DNA of 17,228 nucleotides from an uncultured archaeon (GTDB lineage Archaea; Iainarchaeota; Iainarchaeia; Iainarchaeales; 0-14-0-20-30-16): NCBI GenBank assembly GCA_964565725.1, contig CAZMGA010000013.1, positions 1 to 17,228 of the forward strand, read 5' to 3'. Shown piece by piece: positions 14,406 to 17,228 of this stretch (position 1 is its first letter; each line of letters starts with the position of its first letter). The notes under the pieces were generated by a model. It saw only the letters and a program-made list of their open reading frames with translations, ran no database searches and was not told where the DNA came from. The position numbers and the translations under genes were made by a program.

Positions 14406-14509
14406 TACACCACCTTAATAAAATATATATTATATATTACTTAATATTTTTAAAGCTTACTAAATAAAAAAATACACATTTTAAAAACACTTACACATAA
14501 ATAAATACT

Positions 14510-15676
14510 ATGGAAAAAATAGAATTTGATAGCATTTTGGTATCTTTTGCAGAATTATTTTTAAAATCAGATAATGTAAGGGAAAGATTTCAAAGAAATT
14601 TAGTAAAAAACATAAACTATGCTTTAAAACAAAATAATTTAAAAGTAAATTTATATAACAAACATGACAGAATATTTGTAAAAACTCAAAACGTGGATAA
14701 ATCTTTTGAATGTATAAAAAAAATATTTGGTATTTCTTGGATAGCAAAAGCTATTTATATTAAAGAAAATAATTTACAAGAAATAATTAATTTTTGTAAA
14801 AAAAATTATGAATCATGGGTTTCAAAAAATCAAAAATTTGCAATAAAAGCAAGACATGATTCTACAATAAAAACAAGTAGCAATGATATAGCAATAGCGA
14901 TAGGAAATGTAATAGATAGAAAAGTTGATTTAAACAATCCAGACATAACAATATATGTAGAAATTAGAGAATTTGGTACTTTTATTTATTTTAATACAAC
15001 CCCTTGTTATGGTGGTTTACCTGTAGGAGTTTCAGGAAAAGTATTATCTTTAATGAGTGGGGGAATTGATTCTCCAGCATCTTCTTTTTTAATGTTAAAA
15101 AGAGGTTGTGATTTAGAATATATTCATTTTCATAGCTTTCCATTAGTATCAAAAGCAAGTATAAATAAAGTTAAAGAAATAATGGAAATTATGAAAAGTT
15201 TTCAAACAAAAACAAAGATATATTTTATACCTTTTCATAAAATACAAATGCAAATAAAAATGAAAATTGAACCAGAATATAGAATTGTTTTATATAGAAG
15301 ATTTATGTTAAGAATTGCAGAAAAAATTGCTAAACAAAATGAATGCATGGCTTTAGCTACTGGTGAAGCATTAGCACAAGTAAGTTCTCAAACTTTAGAT
15401 AATATGAAAGTTATTCAAAATGTAGTGGATCCTAATGTACCTATATTAAGACCTTTAATTGGATTAAATAAAGAAGAAATAATTTCAATAGCCAAAGATA
15501 TTAACACATATGAGGTATCAATTCAACCACAAGAAGATTGTTGTACTCTTTTTACGCCAAAACATCCAACAACAAAAGCAAATTTAGAAAAAGTTTTAGA
15601 ATTTGAGAAACTTTTAAATTGTGATGAATTAATTAAAGAAGCAATTGAAAATGTAGAAATTATTGAATTCAAATAA
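14510..15676 (+). CDS. thiI: tRNA 4-thiouridine sulfurtransferase ThiI (THUMP + PP-loop domains, no rhodanese domain)
   Basis: Motifs seen: FAELFLKSDNVRERF, THUMP-like middle region, PP-loop LSLMSGGIDSP, TGEALAQVSSQT, EDCCTLFTPKHP. Confidence 0.88.
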   Translation: MEKIEFDSILVSFAELFLKSDNVRERFQRNLVKNINYALKQNNLKVNLYNKHDRIFVKTQNVDKSFECIKKIFGISWIAKAIYIKENNLQEIINFCKKNYESWVSKNQKFAIKARHDSTIKTSSNDIAIAIGNVIDRKVDLNNPDITIYVEIREFGTFIYFNTTPCYGGLPVGVSGKVLSLMSGGIDSPASSFLMLKRGCDLEYIHFHSFPLVSKASINKVKEIMEIMKSFQTKTKIYFIPFHKIQMQIKMKIEPEYRIVLYRRFMLRIAEKIAKQNECMALATGEALAQVSSQTLDNMKVIQNVVDPNVPILRPLIGLNKEEIISIAKDINTYEVSIQPQEDCCTLFTPKHPTTKANLEKVLEFEKLLNCDELIKEAIENVEIIEFK

Positions 15677-15693
15677 TAAAAAATAAAAAAAAG

Positions 15694-15714
15694 AAATGAG
15701 TTTAAAACTCATTT
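15694..15714. terminator. Palindromic hairpin between convergent thiI and radA, flanked by A-rich (left) and T-rich (right) tracts; candidate bidirectional terminator
   Basis: AAATGAG(t ttaaa a)CTCATTT gives a 7-8 bp stem. Upstream is aaaaaataaaaaaaag and downstream is tttatttatt, so either strand sees a hairpin followed by a T-run. Confidence 0.4.
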
Positions 15715-15717
15715 TAT

Positions 15718-16665
15718 TTATTCATCAGTTAATCCTTCATTGGTTACTTTGTATACAGCTTCCCCATCTGGTAAATAAGGACTATCTACTAATTTTGCAA
15801 CACAAGTATTTCCTTTTCCTTTTCTTAAATAAACTCTTGTTTTACTTGCGTGCCCAACTACATTTCCACCTATTGGAGCAGTAGGGTCTCCAAATAAAAC
15901 ATCTGGTCTATCCATTACTTGGTTTGTAACTAAAACTGCTAAATTTTTACTTTCAGCTAATTTCATTAAAATATACATGTGTCTATTTAATCTTTGTTGC
16001 CTATCAGCTAATTGACCTCTACCAGTAAATTCAGCTCTAAAATGTGCAGTTAAAGAATCCACAATTAATAATTTAACATTAGGATCTTCTTCTATTTTTT
16101 CTTTTGCTTTATCTACTAACAGCATTTGATGATCTGCATTATAAGCTCTTCCAACAAAAATATTATCAAGGGTTTTTTTAGGATCTAAACCATATTTTTT
16201 TGCAATTTCTATAATTCTTTCAGGTCTAAATGAATTTTCAGAATCAATATAAATTACTTTTCCTTCTAATCCTCCTTGACTTTTAGGTAATTGTGTAGTA
16301 ACACACAATTGAAAGCACCATTGGGTTTTTCCAGAACCAAATTTACCATAAATTTCAGTAATACTTTGTGATTCTATACCCCCACCTAATAATGCATCTA
16401 CAGATTCACTACCTGTTTTTATTCTTACCATTTTTTCTCTCTTTTCTAAGGTTTCTTTACCAGATATAAAACCAATATTTAGAGAGTCTCTTGCCGCTTG
16501 AATTGCTTTTCTAGCGGTTCCTTCACCAAGGCCTGCTAACGAACTTAACTCACCAGGAGATGCTACAGCGATAGATTCTAAACTTGCAAATCCACCTGCT
16601 AATAGCTTTTCCTCGGCTGCAGGGCCTATTCCGGGTAAATCGGATATTTTCTCAATTTTTGCCAT
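15718..16665 (-). CDS. radA: DNA repair and recombination protein RadA
   Basis: N-terminal HhH domain (LPGIGPAAEEKLLAGGF), Walker A GKFGSGKTQ, Walker B LLIVDS, and QVMDRPD...GGNVVGHAS. Confidence 0.93.
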   Translation of the reverse strand: MAKIEKISDLPGIGPAAEEKLLAGGFASLESIAVASPGELSSLAGLGEGTARKAIQAARDSLNIGFISGKETLEKREKMVRIKTGSESVDALLGGGIESQSITEIYGKFGSGKTQWCFQLCVTTQLPKSQGGLEGKVIYIDSENSFRPERIIEIAKKYGLDPKKTLDNIFVGRAYNADHQMLLVDKAKEKIEEDPNVKLLIVDSLTAHFRAEFTGRGQLADRQQRLNRHMYILMKLAESKNLAVLVTNQVMDRPDVLFGDPTAPIGGNVVGHASKTRVYLRKGKGNTCVAKLVDSPYLPDGEAVYKVTNEGLTDE

Positions 16666-16672
16666 AACATTG

Positions 16673-16678
16673 CCTCCT
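16673..16678 (-). promoter_or_regulatory. Shine-Dalgarno AGGAGG for radA, overlapping the stop codon of the upstream RPA-like ORF
   Basis: The complement of cctcct is AGGAGG, 7 nt upstream of the radA ATG (16665). Confidence 0.5.
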
Positions 16679-17228
16679 ATAACATGTTAAGTATATAAAA
16701 TTCGTCTTCTGAATTAAAATTTTTTCTTAAATAACCAACAATTTTAATTCCTAAATTTTCAAATTTATAATTTTTTATTTTATTTTCTAAATCTATTTCA
16801 TCGGTATTCATTAATTTTAATAAATTATTTTTATTTATAATCGCAGTAGTATTTCCTGTACCGTCTTCTATCTTTAAAATTCCTTTTACTTTAATATAAT
16901 TTTCAGTATTTTCATTACAAACAGGACAAAAATAATTTCCATCATAATTAGTCATTTGTGAATTACATTTTTTACAAATATTGTTAACAAAAATATTAGT
17001 ATTATTAATTTTTACATTTAGTTCTACAACTTTTTTATATGCCAAATCAGAAATGTTTTTTAATTGTGGAATAAATGTTTGAGGATTTTCGTCTAAAATA
17101 ATAACGTTTGAATTATCATTAATATTAATCTCTATTCTCCCTCTATTATATTTTGAAGAACAATTTTCAATCTTTATTTTTACATTCTCATTTATATTTT
17201 TTATTGTTTCTGCAGAATTATTCCAAGC
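16677..17228 (-). CDS. C-terminal part of an RPA-like (replication factor A) ssDNA-binding protein with a zinc ribbon; the ORF continues beyond the right window edge
   Basis: I translated this frame by hand and it stays open from 17045 to 17228; the ORF-track M at 17045 is a TTG. It carries a C-x2-C-x12-C-x2-C motif (CKKCNSQMTNYDGNYFCPVCNE) embedded in beta-rich sequence, as in zinc-containing OB folds of archaeal RPA. It lies immediately upstream of radA. Confidence 0.45.
   Translation of the reverse strand, partial: AWNNSAETIKNINENVKIKIENCSSKYNRGRIEININDNSNVIILDENPQTFIPQLKNISDLAYKKVVELNVKINNTNIFVNNICKKCNSQMTNYDGNYFCPVCNENTENYIKVKGILKIEDGTGNTTAIINKNNLLKLMNTDEIDLENKIKNYKFENLGIKIVGYLRKNFNSEDEFYILNML

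Noticed and set aside
14473-14498. Two copies of TACACAT spaced 19 nt apart upstream of thiI
   Set aside because: A 7-mer repeated once could be a regulator site. However, there is no dyad symmetry, no third copy and no conservation data, so it is indistinguishable from chance.
14508-14747. 79-aa minus-strand ORF
   Set aside because: It is antisense to the N-terminus of thiI (FAELFLKS THUMP-region motifs are on the plus strand). It is a shadow ORF.
14510-15676. ThiI lacking a C-terminal rhodanese domain
   Set aside because: Absence of the rhodanese domain is the normal state for archaeal and many bacterial ThiI proteins, so it is not an anomaly.
15696-15884. 62-aa plus-strand ORF
   Set aside because: It starts inside the terminator palindrome and runs antisense to the radA 3' end. 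It is a leucine/phenylalanine-rich shadow ORF.
1-17228. Search for tRNA, rRNA, CRISPR repeats, inteins and long direct or inverted repeats
   Set aside because: Intergenic spacers are all 124 nt or shorter, AT-rich and lack cloverleaf-type G+C-rich stems. No regularly spaced repeats were seen. RadA, TFB, PCNA and PriL have normal lengths, so no inteins are present. This was a manual scan only, so short or degenerate elements could have been missed.

Overview
Very AT-rich, tightly packed archaeal chromosome segment. TFB, RadA, two PCNA paralogs, primase PriL, an RPA-like protein and ribosomal protein eL33/L35Ae mark it as archaeal. The composition, compaction and gene set suggest a small-genome DPANN-type lineage, which is an inference. 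I support 21 coding regions, two of them cut by the window edges. I recognised no rRNA, tRNA, CRISPR array, transposase or integrase. Most genes abut or overlap (ATGA, GTGA and TAATG junctions, shared or overlapping convergent stops). Main points of interest: (1) At the left end, a modular peptidoglycan-type hydrolase combines an upstream domain, a Pro-rich linker, an SGNH/GDSL esterase and an Amidase_2 MurNAc-L-Ala amidase. Its reading frame is broken at an A10 tract, so the SGNH catalytic blocks lie upstream of any usable start codon. (2) Two divergent PCNA paralogs sit in tandem and appear translationally coupled. (3) One 687-aa ORF fuses a glutamine amidotransferase, an asparagine-synthetase PP-loop domain and a Dph6/DUF71 diphthine-ammonia-ligase-like domain. 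It lies between eL33 and an Mtq2/PrmC-type NPPY methyltransferase. (4) A two-ORF module joined by TAATG carries HEMSH at the end of ORF1 and an ExxxD-type motif (TDEFFADIL) at the start of ORF2, followed by a very Arg-rich tail. This may be a split gluzincin-like metalloprotease of unknown family. All functional calls rest on motif recognition by eye; no searches were run.
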